IMG/VR virus record: IMGVR_UViG_3300005573_000058
Coordinates: 32,001 to 96,000 of that record
DNA: 64,000 nt
From: a virus
Strand: one strand, 5' to 3'
Under the pieces are notes generated by a model. The model did not search any database. It had not been told where the DNA came from and was given only the letters and a program-made list of their open reading frames with translations. Shown piece by piece: positions 1-10,882 of this stretch. Both the position numbers and the translations under genes were made by a program. The stretch's first letter is position 1; each line of letters begins with the position of its first letter.

Positions 1-993
1 TTGCATTTTACTTCTTACTTTATCCATTATACTCATTCCATAATAAAGTGTTGTTAAAAGAAAGTCAGAACCTGCTACTATTTTATTAACAATACCTTGA
101 GGTACATTAACAGAACTTAAACTTCTAAATGCTCCTCTAATTGAACTGCCAATTCCTTTTGTAATAACACCACCAGCACCAAAAAACATTGCATTACTTA
201 ACGTATATTTAGTAAAATCACTAACAGTTGATAGAGGATTAAATAAAGGCTTATCTTTGTATTCTTCAGGAGCTGTAAATCTACTTGCTGCATACCAGCT
301 AACAGAAGGAGGAATCCATCTAGCTGTACCATACACCGCACCAGCTCCTAGATATGGTATAACACCTTTTAAATTCCCTTTTTCTACTCCGAAAAATTTT
401 CCCTGACCCCACACTCTTTTTAATGATTCATAATATCCCTTAAAAGAAGATTCAGCTGGTTTATTAACTGTAAAATACTTAATAAAATTATTTATCTTTC
501 CATATGCCCTTCCTATAAATCCTGTATCTTTTCCAATATAACTTTCTACAAATGATAAAAAAGAAGGTTGTTCGGCATATTTTCCACCTGCAATAGCTCC
601 TTCTATAAGAGAAAAAATTGGATTTTTTATAGTTCTTTCTGCTGCTCCTTTAGCTGCTGCAGCAGCTGCTGCTTTTGCTGTAGATACTTCAGCTGTTGTA
701 GCTGCAGCCGCAGCAGCATCTGTTGCTACTGTTGATGCTGCTGTAGTTGCTGCTTTTGCTGCATTAATAGCTGCTTTAATAGCTTCTGATCCATGTTCAC
801 TTAATGCTCCAACAACTCTTTTACCTATACCTGCAAAAAGGCCACCAAATGCTTCTTGAGCTACGCTCCATAAAACTATATTACCAACAAATAAACCTGC
901 TTTTTTAAGTAAATTACCTGCTAAACTGCCCCAAGATCTAGTAGGCCTTTCATTCTCTTCTAATTTCTGCCTGATATATTCTTCTCTGTTCAT
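1..993 (-). CDS. Probable tape measure protein, N-terminal part (runs off the left edge)
   Basis: Manually translated open frame from ATG at 993 (MNREEYIRQKLEENERPTRSWGSLAG...), Ala/Gly-rich, open to position 1; follows tail tube and chaperone genes. Absent from the ORF track because it is truncated. Confidence 0.6.
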   Translation of the reverse strand, partial: MNREEYIRQKLEENERPTRSWGSLAGNLLKKAGLFVGNIVLWSVAQEAFGGLFAGIGKRVVGALSEHGSEAIKAAINAAKAATTAASTVATDAAAAAATTAEVSTAKAAAAAAAKGAAERTIKNPIFSLIEGAIAGGKYAEQPSFLSFVESYIGKDTGFIGRAYGKINNFIKYFTVNKPAESSFKGYYESLKRVWGQGKFFGVEKGNLKGVIPYLGAGAVYGTARWIPPSVSWYAASRFTAPEEYKDKPLFNPLSTVSDFTKYTLSNAMFFGAGGVITKGIGSSIRGAFRSLSSVNVPQGIVNKIVAGSDFLLTTLYYGMSIMDKVRSKMQ

Positions 994-1001
994 CACTATG
1001 T

Positions 1002-1010
1002 ATTATAGCA
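1002..1010 (-). promoter_or_regulatory. Extended -10 promoter (TGCTATAAT), probably giving a leaderless mRNA
   Basis: Minus strand TGCTATAATACATAGTGATG: TGnTATAAT consensus 8 nt before the ATG at 993, no Shine-Dalgarno. Confidence 0.55.
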
Positions 1011-1015
1011 TTAAA

Positions 1016-1642
1016 TTAGACAGATATTGCTTCTTTGATACTTTTACCTTGATCTATAAGATAATTAACATACGACATAACTAAATGTTTTTTTCTTACA
1101 TATTGTATTGTCTCCTTTTTATCAGCATCAAGTTGATCATATGGAACATTTTTAATTTCAAGATTAGAACTTTGTTTTTTGATATCACTTGATTTTATAC
1201 CTAATAATGACTGCATAATTGCTATATAACGAACAAACTGTATATCATCTAAATTTAAAATATCATCTACAGGTATATTCAAGTTTTTAGACATTAATAA
1301 AGATATATAATCATAGGGATATAAGCCTTTTTCTATATCATCTAATATATCTTTTGTAATTTCATCTATTTTTGTTGAATCATTCAATAAATAATTTTCC
1401 AATATTATAGAACTGAGAGATTCAATAATAAGACTATTAAAATCAAGATCCATTGGTTCAATGATACAACATGATACTAAATAGTTATTAGCTGCTTTAA
1501 CATTATATTTTTGTAAATAGCTATAAGTTATATATTCGCCAACAGTAGGATGTCTGTAGATATATGATACATTTTTAATAGTAGTTTTAAATAACTTTTT
1601 ATATTTTCTATATAACTCTTTTTTAGATATATCATCATACAT
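1016..1642 (-). CDS. Hypothetical protein, possibly a second tail assembly chaperone
   Basis: 208-aa ORF between the chaperone-like gene and the putative tape measure; position only. Confidence 0.45.
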   Translation of the reverse strand: MYDDISKKELYRKYKKLFKTTIKNVSYIYRHPTVGEYITYSYLQKYNVKAANNYLVSCCIIEPMDLDFNSLIIESLSSIILENYLLNDSTKIDEITKDILDDIEKGLYPYDYISLLMSKNLNIPVDDILNLDDIQFVRYIAIMQSLLGIKSSDIKKQSSNLEIKNVPYDQLDADKKETIQYVRKKHLVMSYVNYLIDQGKSIKEAISV

Positions 1643-1651
1643 TATATATTA

Positions 1652-2017
1652 CTATAATATCTCTGTTTCTATAGGCTCTGTTACAAAACCTGATAAACTC
1701 ATTATAGAATCAGATAAAGTTAAAACAACACCTGCTCCAAGATTAGCTTTTATATCTTCTTTAGACAACTGTGGATATACAAGACAATTTGCTATAACTT
1801 CTAATTCAAATTCTGTTGATTCTGGTGCTATATTTTCGGCGGTTTTTTCATTTACAAACTTTATCCATTCTTCTCTGTTAAATCCTCTTACAACATAGAT
1901 TTCCTTGCCAACTCTGATCTTAGCCATCTTCTCAAGTTTACCTTCTTTTCTTAATTTTTCCTTTTGTTCTTTAATAAATGCATCTAAATCAAATTCTTTT
2001 GTTTTTACATCTGGCAT
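1652..2017 (-). CDS. Probable tail assembly chaperone
   Basis: 121 aa, YVVRGFNREEW...CLVYP...GVVLTLSDSIMSLSGF pattern; AGGAGG RBS; position between tubes and tape measure. Confidence 0.55.
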   Translation of the reverse strand: MPDVKTKEFDLDAFIKEQKEKLRKEGKLEKMAKIRVGKEIYVVRGFNREEWIKFVNEKTAENIAPESTEFELEVIANCLVYPQLSKEDIKANLGAGVVLTLSDSIMSLSGFVTEPIETEIL

Positions 2018-2037
2018 ATATACCTCCTTCTTTATTA

Positions 2038-3519
2038 CTATATAATATCATTATAATCCAAGCATAATCTCACAATTCTTCTCATATATCTTAAATTCTT
2101 TTTAGACACGTCAGGCTCTGCTGGTGTTACAGATGGCAATGTCATTGTTTTTTCAATATTATATACTGAAACATCCAAATCGAAAACAAATTTTTCAACT
2201 TTACCTTTACAAAGATTTTTAGTGTCATCATCCAAAAAGATTTTTACATGCGTTTTTACATATTCATATATATCTTTTTCTATTTCACCTTCTCGATACC
2301 CATGTAGATAACCTAAAAAATCTTTTAATTCCATAACTTGTTTTTCTTTTACATCAAGTTTGTCTGGTGGCACAGTATATATCGGTACAAACCGCAAATA
2401 TAGAAATTTATCAACTGCATTTGGTTGAGGTAAAAAAACATCGACAAGAATTTTATTAAGCTTTTCAATTTCATCACTTGATACTGTGTTTTTCAGTAAT
2501 ATATCTTTAAAACTTATATTATCAATTGTAAGAACACCACTAACAACAACTTCTGTATTTGCTTCTTCTTTCTTAGTAGGTTCTTCAACTTGTATTGGCT
2601 TCTGATTTTCAATATCATCGCTCTTAACAGTATCTGCTTGTTTCATTAAATTACCAATAGCAACATCAGCATGACGAGCAAAAAATGTATATGTTACAAC
2701 TACAACATCATCTACAGTTATATTTTGTGACTCACCAACAATATGAACATCATATATATTTTTAACTGTATGCTCAGCTGCTGGAACATTCATATCACCA
2801 TATAATAAAACAAAATTGATTGCATTATTACCTGTACCTAATATACTTATTTCATCATTAACACTATCATAAGAATAATCAGCTTCATCTATTCTTCTTA
2901 ATCTATTTATTTGATTATCCCACCTAGCAAGAGAATTAGGATCAATATTTGAACTTGATAATTCATGCCACCACTTACCACCCCACAAATAATCTTCCAG
3001 TATTTCTGCCATATTCTCATATTCTGATAAGTTTGGATCAGCATAATTACTCAAAAATTCAGCTATGTTCCTATATATAGCAACAGGCGAATTTACAGCA
3101 CCTTGTATATATCCTACAGCCGGTGTGACATCATTCAAATATCTATAATAGTATAAAGATCTGATTTTAGATCTATCTTTTATAGCAAAATCAGTAGGCT
3201 GTTTTGATAATATATAATCAATAATAACTTCATTTTGATCTATTTCTCCTTGTGCTACTTTTCTAATAAGCTCCAAATATGCTTGTTCTGTAAATGCTAT
3301 AGAAAATGATCCTTCAACTAAAAAATTACCGCGTAATACAGCATCATATTCAGTTGAATTATAACCATAAATAGGAGTTTTAGACTGATTAGAAGACCAT
3401 TGAAATGCTATTATATCATCGACCCATATACTACCAACAAAAACTCTTACTTGCGCACCAGTGTATGCATCTACTAAATATGTTGTTCTTATATCACGCA
3501 ATTCGTTAAATCTTTTCAT
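2038..3519 (-). CDS. Tail-tube-fold virion protein with C-terminal extension (tube initiator/hub-like)
   Basis: N-terminal YTGAQVRVFVG...QSKTPIYGYNS...RG..LVEGSFSI aligns by eye with the tube motifs of the two adjacent genes. Confidence 0.6.
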   Translation of the reverse strand: MKRFNELRDIRTTYLVDAYTGAQVRVFVGSIWVDDIIAFQWSSNQSKTPIYGYNSTEYDAVLRGNFLVEGSFSIAFTEQAYLELIRKVAQGEIDQNEVIIDYILSKQPTDFAIKDRSKIRSLYYYRYLNDVTPAVGYIQGAVNSPVAIYRNIAEFLSNYADPNLSEYENMAEILEDYLWGGKWWHELSSSNIDPNSLARWDNQINRLRRIDEADYSYDSVNDEISILGTGNNAINFVLLYGDMNVPAAEHTVKNIYDVHIVGESQNITVDDVVVVTYTFFARHADVAIGNLMKQADTVKSDDIENQKPIQVEEPTKKEEANTEVVVSGVLTIDNISFKDILLKNTVSSDEIEKLNKILVDVFLPQPNAVDKFLYLRFVPIYTVPPDKLDVKEKQVMELKDFLGYLHGYREGEIEKDIYEYVKTHVKIFLDDDTKNLCKGKVEKFVFDLDVSVYNIEKTMTLPSVTPAEPDVSKKNLRYMRRIVRLCLDYNDII

Positions 3520-3521
3520 AA

Positions 3522-4628
3522 TTATGCTATATAACTATTGTTGATAGGAAAATCCCCTTCCTTAGTAGGATTTATATTTACAGGCTGTACATTTTCAAAT
3601 TCTATTCTTCCCATACTACCATAGTCACCATGTACATAACCATAATTTATTAATTCTCTCCTAAAATCAGAGAAAGGAAGACCTAACTTATCATATGGTA
3701 AATTAAATGTAGATGTATAATTCTCAATAAGAGATGTAAGTTCAGCAATATATAAATTATTAGTATTTATTATACCACTTATAGTATTTTGATCAATTTG
3801 ATTTAACTGTGAAATAATTACTCTATTATTTTTATCATCATATTTATATATCGACAAACTACCATATTTACTTATAAAACCTTCCTTACCTTCATTTGCC
3901 ATTTCTAATCTTTTATTACTCAATTCTAGTAGTGACTTCTGAGTTAGCATATTTATAAGAGAATTATGTTCATTTTCTGCTTTTGTTGTAAATAATTTCT
4001 TTTCATATTTTCCTGTACTATCATTATAATAAAACTTTTGTTGACCAACTGGACATAATAAATCAATATCTCTAGCAATAAAAGATCTATTATTTGTTAC
4101 AACAACATCATTAATAGAATTAACAAGACCTTCATCAATAAACTCAACACCATACAATCTAAGAAACGCTGAATGACCATATTCATCCATATATATAACG
4201 ACTACATCGAAAGGTGGAATTTGATCTGATAATGGACTATAAGAAAATCCATAATCAGAATCAATACTTATAGATGATACAATGTCTAGAAATGGATCGC
4301 CTTGTCTATTAACAACAAATTCTAAAGAACCAGCAATTGTTCTAGAACCCTTACATATATACTTAGGATAAGACCTACCTAAAGGTACAACCTGCTTTTT
4401 CTCTCTATGAATAGAATAAGTTATCATTGAAAGATTAGGAAGAATAGCATGTACTTTAACTTCAGGTATGTAGATAATTGTAACAGCATCAACTGGGCTA
4501 AAAGACCCCAGTTGATGCTGTTCTACGACTGTCGTTGATTTAGGAATACCGGTAGAATGTTCTGACTGTATTGCAGTAAGCATAGGTTTGGCTTTTGTTG
4601 CTAGCTCGTTCGTTTTATTAAAAAACAA
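3522..4628 (-). CDS. Tail tube paralog
   Basis: ITYSIHREK..V..LG...GSRTIAGSLEF and DQIPPFDV...YGVEF motifs shared with 4632-5336. Confidence 0.65.
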   Translation of the reverse strand: MFFNKTNELATKAKPMLTAIQSEHSTGIPKSTTVVEQHQLGSFSPVDAVTIIYIPEVKVHAILPNLSMITYSIHREKKQVVPLGRSYPKYICKGSRTIAGSLEFVVNRQGDPFLDIVSSISIDSDYGFSYSPLSDQIPPFDVVVIYMDEYGHSAFLRLYGVEFIDEGLVNSINDVVVTNNRSFIARDIDLLCPVGQQKFYYNDSTGKYEKKLFTTKAENEHNSLINMLTQKSLLELSNKRLEMANEGKEGFISKYGSLSIYKYDDKNNRVIISQLNQIDQNTISGIINTNNLYIAELTSLIENYTSTFNLPYDKLGLPFSDFRRELINYGYVHGDYGSMGRIEFENVQPVNINPTKEGDFPINNSYIA

Positions 4629-4631
4629 TTA

Positions 4632-5336
4632 TTAAACTCCTGTTAGAGTTGGAGGAACAAGATTTCCAAATGTTCCACCAATGTCATTACCCTGACCTTG
4701 AACTTCCACAGGAACCCAAGGAGTTATATTACTAGCTACCCATGTAAACTGATCTTCTATGGTAAGGTCTTCTGTAGATATGCCTTGTCCGTGGTTCAAA
4801 AATTCAACTCCATAAATTGCCATTGACATTGCCTGTCCAATTTCATTCCTACCCGTAACTGTAACATCAAAAGGTGGAATCTGATCTGGATAATGCGGAG
4901 AACTAAGTGTCATTCCAACAGCAGAACCATTACCAAAATTATTTACCACTCCAGCAAGTCTTTTCCCTTGTATAGCATTACCATTATTATCAACACTACT
5001 TCCAAGATAAGCATTTTCTATATCATTGCCATAATCTTTTCTCGCATATTTTGTTTCCTTCATAAGATCATACAAAGCATCCCTATCATAAACCACAAAA
5101 ACCATTGAACCTGCAATCCCCCGTTTGCCTCTGGAAAAACTAAGCGGGTTTGGTGCTCCTAAAACATAAATAGGAGCTTTCTCTCTTGTTACACTAAAAC
5201 TAATTCCTTGACAATTACCTAACAAGTACGTTCCTACAATCAAATTTATGTCAGAACCTCCCATAGAGGTATAACTTCTAGCAACATCAGAAACCACACC
5301 ATTCATACCAATACCACCAAAATTACTTGTACCCAT
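4632..5336 (-). CDS. Major tail tube protein
   Basis: GISFSVTREKAPIYVLG...SFSRGKRGIAGSMVF, PDQIPPFDV, YGVEF; directly after the sheath. Start moved from 5414 to the ATG at 5336, which has an AGGGAGGT RBS. Confidence 0.75.
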   Translation of the reverse strand: MGTSNFGGIGMNGVVSDVARSYTSMGGSDINLIVGTYLLGNCQGISFSVTREKAPIYVLGAPNPLSFSRGKRGIAGSMVFVVYDRDALYDLMKETKYARKDYGNDIENAYLGSSVDNNGNAIQGKRLAGVVNNFGNGSAVGMTLSSPHYPDQIPPFDVTVTGRNEIGQAMSMAIYGVEFLNHGQGISTEDLTIEDQFTWVASNITPWVPVEVQGQGNDIGGTFGNLVPPTLTGV

Positions 5337-5399
5337 AACTACCTCCCTTGTTGGTATCACAATATATATTAGCATACGAAATACAAAAACAAAAATAAA

Positions 5400-5424
5400 A
5401 AGGTCGGGTAACAAACCCGACCTT
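5400..5424 (-). terminator. Intrinsic terminator/attenuator between sheath and tube
   Basis: AAGGTCGGG-loop-CCCGACCTT inverted repeat followed by a T-tract on the minus strand. Confidence 0.55.
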
Positions 5425-5457
5425 CAAATAGGACACAAAATAATACAAAAATAATAA

Positions 5458-8337
5458 TTATGTTGCTGTCACTTTAACATTTATAACAATTGTCTTAACT
5501 TCAAATGCAGGAACAATTGTAAGATCAATATCAAGTTCACCAAGCACCTGCTTATTTGGATCAGATCTTACAACAGCTACTCCCCTCTGAATTATTCCCC
5601 TTCCAATTGTTTTTGACATAAATTTATCTATTTGCTGTTGTAATGAATTTCTAATAGCATCACTATTCTTTGAACCAAGATACTGAGATGCAATATATCT
5701 AATACCATTAACAACATAAGTTGTTTCCATATAGGTCGAAAGTAATGAATAATCAGAACCATAAGGAGCAAGTGTTGGATCTCCTGCTATTCTATATCCA
5801 TAATATGGTCTAAACATTACAGTTGTATATCTATTTTCAATAAGTTGATCTACCTGATCAGGTGTAAATGTATATCTCATTCCTACTGCTCTAACAGGTT
5901 GATTAACAGGTGTCTGATTATCAGGTAATGATGCTATAATACCTGCATATACAACTTCACCTGTTGTAGCTATAGGTAAAGATATACCAGGTATAGAAAT
6001 AATAGGTTCAAATGCTGTTACAACAAGTCTCTTAGATCTATTATCTCCAATCAATGCCATAGCATTTGCAGGTCTTGTTGCATCATTGTACTTAACATTA
6101 ACAAGTCTATCAAAATGATCTTTAATTTCATTAGGAGTAATATCTCCTTCTATAGGAGCAACCGACATAATACCAACAGCATCTGCTACAGATTTTGAAA
6201 GACTATCAAGATAGTCTAAGAAAAGTTCATATATACCAGCATTTTGAAGCTCTTCTACACCTGTATAAGTATTAAATGATCTAACATAATCATTAATATA
6301 TGCTCCAGCAAGAACAACTATATCTGCTGGATATGACTTAATTGCATCAAAAGTTTTCTTAAGCTCAATATATTTAAGTTCATTACTAATGTCAACACCT
6401 GATCTACCACCGTTCAATGATATAGCTGATGAAAGATCCATTTCTTCTGGTGCATATGTATAATCAAGACCAATCCACATTTTAACTTTAAGATTTTCAA
6501 CATCAATACGACAATCTTCTCCAGGAGGGAGATCTGGCCTTCTCAATGTATGAATATCTGATACTGGAGGAGATGATAAATCTGCTTTTCCAGATCTCAT
6601 ATTCTCTGCAACACTTGCAGCTAGTGAACCTGTATCAACTAGTTCATGTTTAAATGATTCGGTATAAGACGAAATACCAGTAGATGTTGCAATAGGAGTA
6701 AAACCACTACATTCTACAAATACATAACTTTGTTTATAAGGATCAACATTATAGAAACCTGGTTGTTTGTTAATATTAATGAATCTTAATTTACCTGATT
6801 TTGCATCATATAATTCAACATCAGATCCTATCTCATATTCCCTTCTATAAATATATGTAATAGCAATAGGTGATGGTAAAGCACTACCAAAATAAATTTT
6901 ATTACCAGCAACATAAAAATAAGTAAAATCTTTATCTTTTAACCCACCTAAGCTATTAACTCTTGTCAAAAGACCAACACATGAGTCAATATCAATATAT
7001 AACTTATCACCTGCTTCTAAATGATATTTAAGATTTGAATTTAAATTTAGTGTAACTTTTCTTGTATCATAACTCCAATCAATAGTAAATAAAGACGATC
7101 TCCTGCTACTAACTGGAATATTTGTTAAATCATAAATGGTCATCTTTTTACCATTTCTTTCAACATACAAAATAACATTATCTATGACATTAGGATCTAA
7201 TCCATTTATTGTTTTAATATAATCTACTGTATATTCAGGTGATATACTACTAAGTGCAAGAACATACTGTTCAAAATCTGAATTACTTAACGTCATTTCC
7301 AAAACATCTGGTGGCAAATACATATTAAATTCAACTTTTGTAAAAGTATTAGGGTCATTAACTGTTCCAATATATTTTGATCTTATAATTTGCCTAAATT
7401 CACTCTGATCTTTTCTATCACTAGTAAGATCAGCATCAAGTGGTATAATATAATTATCATCGTCAATAATATGCATAACAGGACCTAATAACGTAAATGT
7501 AGATGCACCTTCACCGTCTATAAACTGATGTGCAACTGCAGCTTCATAAACTCTATTTAACTTAACAATATTATTCAAAGATGTTGCATATGCCTTCTTA
7601 ACTCTGCCATCAAATGGATTCCTAGTATAATCTATAATTTCAGTACTAGAATCATAGCTAAGATTAGATAATGTAAGTGTAACAATACCTTCTGATGTAT
7701 CATATGCTGGTACATATCCGCTGAGATTTGCTGTTAAATCTATTTCATAATAACTCTGCAAGTCAGGAACAGATGCTCTGATAATTGTATTTAAATTAGG
7801 ATCATTATTAATAGCTTCTGCAAGTTCGATAGCATTATGAACATCTGCTTGAATATCAGGATCTGTATCATATGTATAAATAGATTCTATATTTGTTTTA
7901 GGATTATATATAATAATAGATAATCTATTATCAACAATACCTGTTCTTATAGATACATTATTATATATTTCTCCTGGATACAAAGCCTCTATCTGCAAAG
8001 CAAATAAACCAGATGTTTCAGCGTAAATTCCAGAACCTGATGTGACTTCATATATCTTAGCAGATGCTGTAGATCCTCCACCAATTCTAACTGCTCTTAC
8101 ATCTGGATTTGTACCTGTTGTTGATGCAAAAAATGTATAAATAGATTTTACTAAAGTTCCTTTATAAAAAGAACCAAATATTGCTAATGCATCACTAGCT
8201 TTCCTAATTCTAATAGGAACATTTACAGGTCCATCTTCAGCTGTTCCTATTAATAGCACAGAACGTGTATCATATGCCGCATCTTGTGTAACTTGAAGAT
8301 TATAATCTTGATATCTACTCTCAATATTCAAAGGCAT
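5458..8337 (-). CDS. Contractile tail sheath protein (large, with inserted domains)
   Basis: N-terminal LLIGTAEDGPVNVP..I...FG and C-terminal sheath-like ...IDLTIVPAFEVKTIVINV; 959 aa. Confidence 0.85.
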   Translation of the reverse strand: MPLNIESRYQDYNLQVTQDAAYDTRSVLLIGTAEDGPVNVPIRIRKASDALAIFGSFYKGTLVKSIYTFFASTTGTNPDVRAVRIGGGSTASAKIYEVTSGSGIYAETSGLFALQIEALYPGEIYNNVSIRTGIVDNRLSIIIYNPKTNIESIYTYDTDPDIQADVHNAIELAEAINNDPNLNTIIRASVPDLQSYYEIDLTANLSGYVPAYDTSEGIVTLTLSNLSYDSSTEIIDYTRNPFDGRVKKAYATSLNNIVKLNRVYEAAVAHQFIDGEGASTFTLLGPVMHIIDDDNYIIPLDADLTSDRKDQSEFRQIIRSKYIGTVNDPNTFTKVEFNMYLPPDVLEMTLSNSDFEQYVLALSSISPEYTVDYIKTINGLDPNVIDNVILYVERNGKKMTIYDLTNIPVSSRRSSLFTIDWSYDTRKVTLNLNSNLKYHLEAGDKLYIDIDSCVGLLTRVNSLGGLKDKDFTYFYVAGNKIYFGSALPSPIAITYIYRREYEIGSDVELYDAKSGKLRFININKQPGFYNVDPYKQSYVFVECSGFTPIATSTGISSYTESFKHELVDTGSLAASVAENMRSGKADLSSPPVSDIHTLRRPDLPPGEDCRIDVENLKVKMWIGLDYTYAPEEMDLSSAISLNGGRSGVDISNELKYIELKKTFDAIKSYPADIVVLAGAYINDYVRSFNTYTGVEELQNAGIYELFLDYLDSLSKSVADAVGIMSVAPIEGDITPNEIKDHFDRLVNVKYNDATRPANAMALIGDNRSKRLVVTAFEPIISIPGISLPIATTGEVVYAGIIASLPDNQTPVNQPVRAVGMRYTFTPDQVDQLIENRYTTVMFRPYYGYRIAGDPTLAPYGSDYSLLSTYMETTYVVNGIRYIASQYLGSKNSDAIRNSLQQQIDKFMSKTIGRGIIQRGVAVVRSDPNKQVLGELDIDLTIVPAFEVKTIVINVKVTAT

Positions 8338-8360
8338 ACTACCTCCTTATTTTTAAATTT

Positions 8361-9032
8361 TTAGTTATTATTCTCATATAAATTAACATATATTTTATTA
8401 ATAATATTTGTAGTATCTACTTTTAACTTTTGTATTCTAATACCATAAGATATCCTATTAACATGTAAATCAGTATAATCTACATCTATTGGCTGTAAAG
8501 AACTAATATATACAATTCTACCTAAGCCATTTTTGATAAATAGCGGAGTATAAATAGTCATTACTGCTTCGAACCATCTAGACAATTCTTGTAATTCTTT
8601 AATTCCTTGTGTAAATAAATCAAATTGTGTAACGATATCATATTCCTGTAAATAAACAGTAACTACACTATTTTCTAAATAAATCTCTTCGAATGGTTTT
8701 TCTTTTGTTGTATTATAAACATCTAAAAAACTAGGACCAGATGCTATTTGTTTTTTAGCAACTCTATAAACGATAGTTGGCTTAAAAAATCCTGTAGATG
8801 GTTCTTTTAGAGGAACATTCTCAATTCTCATTCCTAATCTTCTACGTATATATTCAGGATATATGGAAGTATATTCAACATCAGGACGTAAAGTTTCTAC
8901 AAGATAACCTACAGTTGAGAAAAAATCCCATTCATCCATCACTCCACTTAAATGTGTTCTATAATAATTAAATATACCACTTGTTAAATTTTCCAAAGTA
9001 TATCTACTTAATAAAACACCATTTTCAATCAT
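8361..9032 (-). CDS. Putative tail terminator/neck protein
   Basis: 223 aa immediately upstream of the sheath; YDIVTQFDLFT...EL..WFE pattern; synteny. Confidence 0.5.
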   Translation of the reverse strand: MIENGVLLSRYTLENLTSGIFNYYRTHLSGVMDEWDFFSTVGYLVETLRPDVEYTSIYPEYIRRRLGMRIENVPLKEPSTGFFKPTIVYRVAKKQIASGPSFLDVYNTTKEKPFEEIYLENSVVTVYLQEYDIVTQFDLFTQGIKELQELSRWFEAVMTIYTPLFIKNGLGRIVYISSLQPIDVDYTDLHVNRISYGIRIQKLKVDTTNIINKIYVNLYENNN

Positions 9033-9523
9033 TATAACTTTCCTTTTGTCACTACAATTTTATATTCTACTCTTCCTATATCTCCTCTAATATTATCTAT
9101 AGCTGTTACAATAAATGTTTTTTCTATAAAACTATCAAAATTTTTAGGTAAAGATGGTACTTTTTGAGAAGAACCAATAGGATCCTTTAACAAAAATATA
9201 TAATCTCCTCTATCAACTTGTATATAATGATACATATAAAAAATTACCCTAGGATCTTCTAACAATGATTGAATACTTATATCCTCTCCTTTTTTTCCAT
9301 GAATACTATATTCAACAAATCTTGTTCTTACCAAACCATCTTTATATTTAAATGACATACCAACAGGTGCTTCATCATATTTTATATCATAAGAAATATC
9401 TTTTTCAGAAGTAAAATGTCTCAACACAACCCAATGTCCATACTTTTTCATAAAGTCATCAAAATTTTTCCTAAGATCTATATAATTATCTCCACTATTA
9501 TAAAACGATCTTAATTCAATCAT
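9032..9523 (-). CDS. Putative head closure/neck protein
   Basis: IDLRKNFDDFM..YGHWVVLR...RGDIGRVEY; position between head and tail genes. Confidence 0.5.
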   Translation of the reverse strand: MIELRSFYNSGDNYIDLRKNFDDFMKKYGHWVVLRHFTSEKDISYDIKYDEAPVGMSFKYKDGLVRTRFVEYSIHGKKGEDISIQSLLEDPRVIFYMYHYIQVDRGDYIFLLKDPIGSSQKVPSLPKNFDSFIEKTFIVTAIDNIRGDIGRVEYKIVVTKGKL

Positions 9524-10882
9524 CTATAAATCCTCTCCCTCTTCATCTATCATAAAGCTAGAATATGGCTGTTTCTTTCCCCATAAATTATGTCTATATC
9601 CCCTATAAGGATAAAGATGCCATGGTGCTCTAGAGTCTAGTTTTGATGGAATAGGTGTTCTTACATAATCTGATCTTTTTGCATCTCTTATTGAACCAAC
9701 ATAACAATTATAAAAATCATCTAACAATCTTCCTAATAAATCAGCATTAACATTAATATCTATTTGAAAATCACCCAGTCTTTTTGAACCACCACTTAAA
9801 ACAACACCTGTCATTATAGCTCTTAACAGATCATACTTAACTTTACAAATTAAATATGTCAAATATGGTTCAATCAAGTTACCTTTACTATCAATTACTA
9901 TCATTCCTTTATTATACATTATCATTGTATTTTCATATATTAACCTATTAACAGTATCTAAAGGAACATTTGTAACAACATCACCTAACTCTATCAATAT
10001 ACTTCTAGCATCAATGTAATAAGGCACATACAATGTTGTAAACCAAAAAGAATAGTCTGATAACATAGGTAATAGAGTTGTTCCTGATATACCTTTCTTT
10101 ATTGTAACATTATATTCATAATTAGGTTGAATATCATCGCTACTTAATTCTATAACAAAAGCATTCAAATAATTATAATATTTAACATCTATTGGTACAA
10201 CAACATATTCTTTATTATCTAAAACATGCTTTCTTACAATAGTAATATAATCATTATTAATTTCAGATAATCTGCCAACAACTGAATGTCCAAAAATACC
10301 ACTGCCAAAAATAGCATCATAAGATAATAAATTAGATATATTAACAGAATCATTAAAATATACAAATATACTTGAATTATATAAATCTTTTAAATCAACA
10401 TTACTTTCACCATCTGATGGTATAGTTTTAATAACAGATAGATAATCTGTACTTATAACTGTAACTACATCTGTTTGTTTTATTTCTTCCGGTTTTTGTT
10501 CTTCAGTATATGAAATATTTGAGGAAGCAGTTTTAATAGAAAGTACATAAGTTCCATACAACGGATAGCCTTGTGTACTTTTAATACCTATAATATTAGG
10601 ATTAGTTGGATCTATAGTACCTACTATAGTTAATTTATAAACTTTATCATATTCTAAAAATGATTTAGGAGTTACACATATTGTATACGTTGTTCTATCA
10701 TATGATATATCAATAGGAACATTTGTTGATTCTACATCCTTTCTTAAATAAACAGTATAATTATTAATAGTAGATGTATCAAGATCCTGTGAAAAATAAA
10801 TATAAAATGAACCACTGATAGGAAAATTACCAGTATATTGTATAGGATCTGTTTTTACAATTCTTGGATAACTAATTGTCAT
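9524..10882 (-). CDS. Ig-like (Big_5-type) domain protein fused to a putative head-tail adaptor
   Basis: Two repeats of I/VIKT.P...N...IYFS..LD..TI...L.....Y..TI; C-terminal helical region with SKRLGDFQI. Confidence 0.6.
   Translation of the reverse strand: MTISYPRIVKTDPIQYTGNFPISGSFYIYFSQDLDTSTINNYTVYLRKDVESTNVPIDISYDRTTYTICVTPKSFLEYDKVYKLTIVGTIDPTNPNIIGIKSTQGYPLYGTYVLSIKTASSNISYTEEQKPEEIKQTDVVTVISTDYLSVIKTIPSDGESNVDLKDLYNSSIFVYFNDSVNISNLLSYDAIFGSGIFGHSVVGRLSEINNDYITIVRKHVLDNKEYVVVPIDVKYYNYLNAFVIELSSDDIQPNYEYNVTIKKGISGTTLLPMLSDYSFWFTTLYVPYYIDARSILIELGDVVTNVPLDTVNRLIYENTMIMYNKGMIVIDSKGNLIEPYLTYLICKVKYDLLRAIMTGVVLSGGSKRLGDFQIDINVNADLLGRLLDDFYNCYVGSIRDAKRSDYVRTPIPSKLDSRAPWHLYPYRGYRHNLWGKKQPYSSFMIDEEGEDL

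Noticed and set aside
1016-2017. Programmed -1 frameshift between tail chaperone genes
   Set aside because: No slippery heptamer seen near the end of 1652-2017; the next gene has its own ATG.
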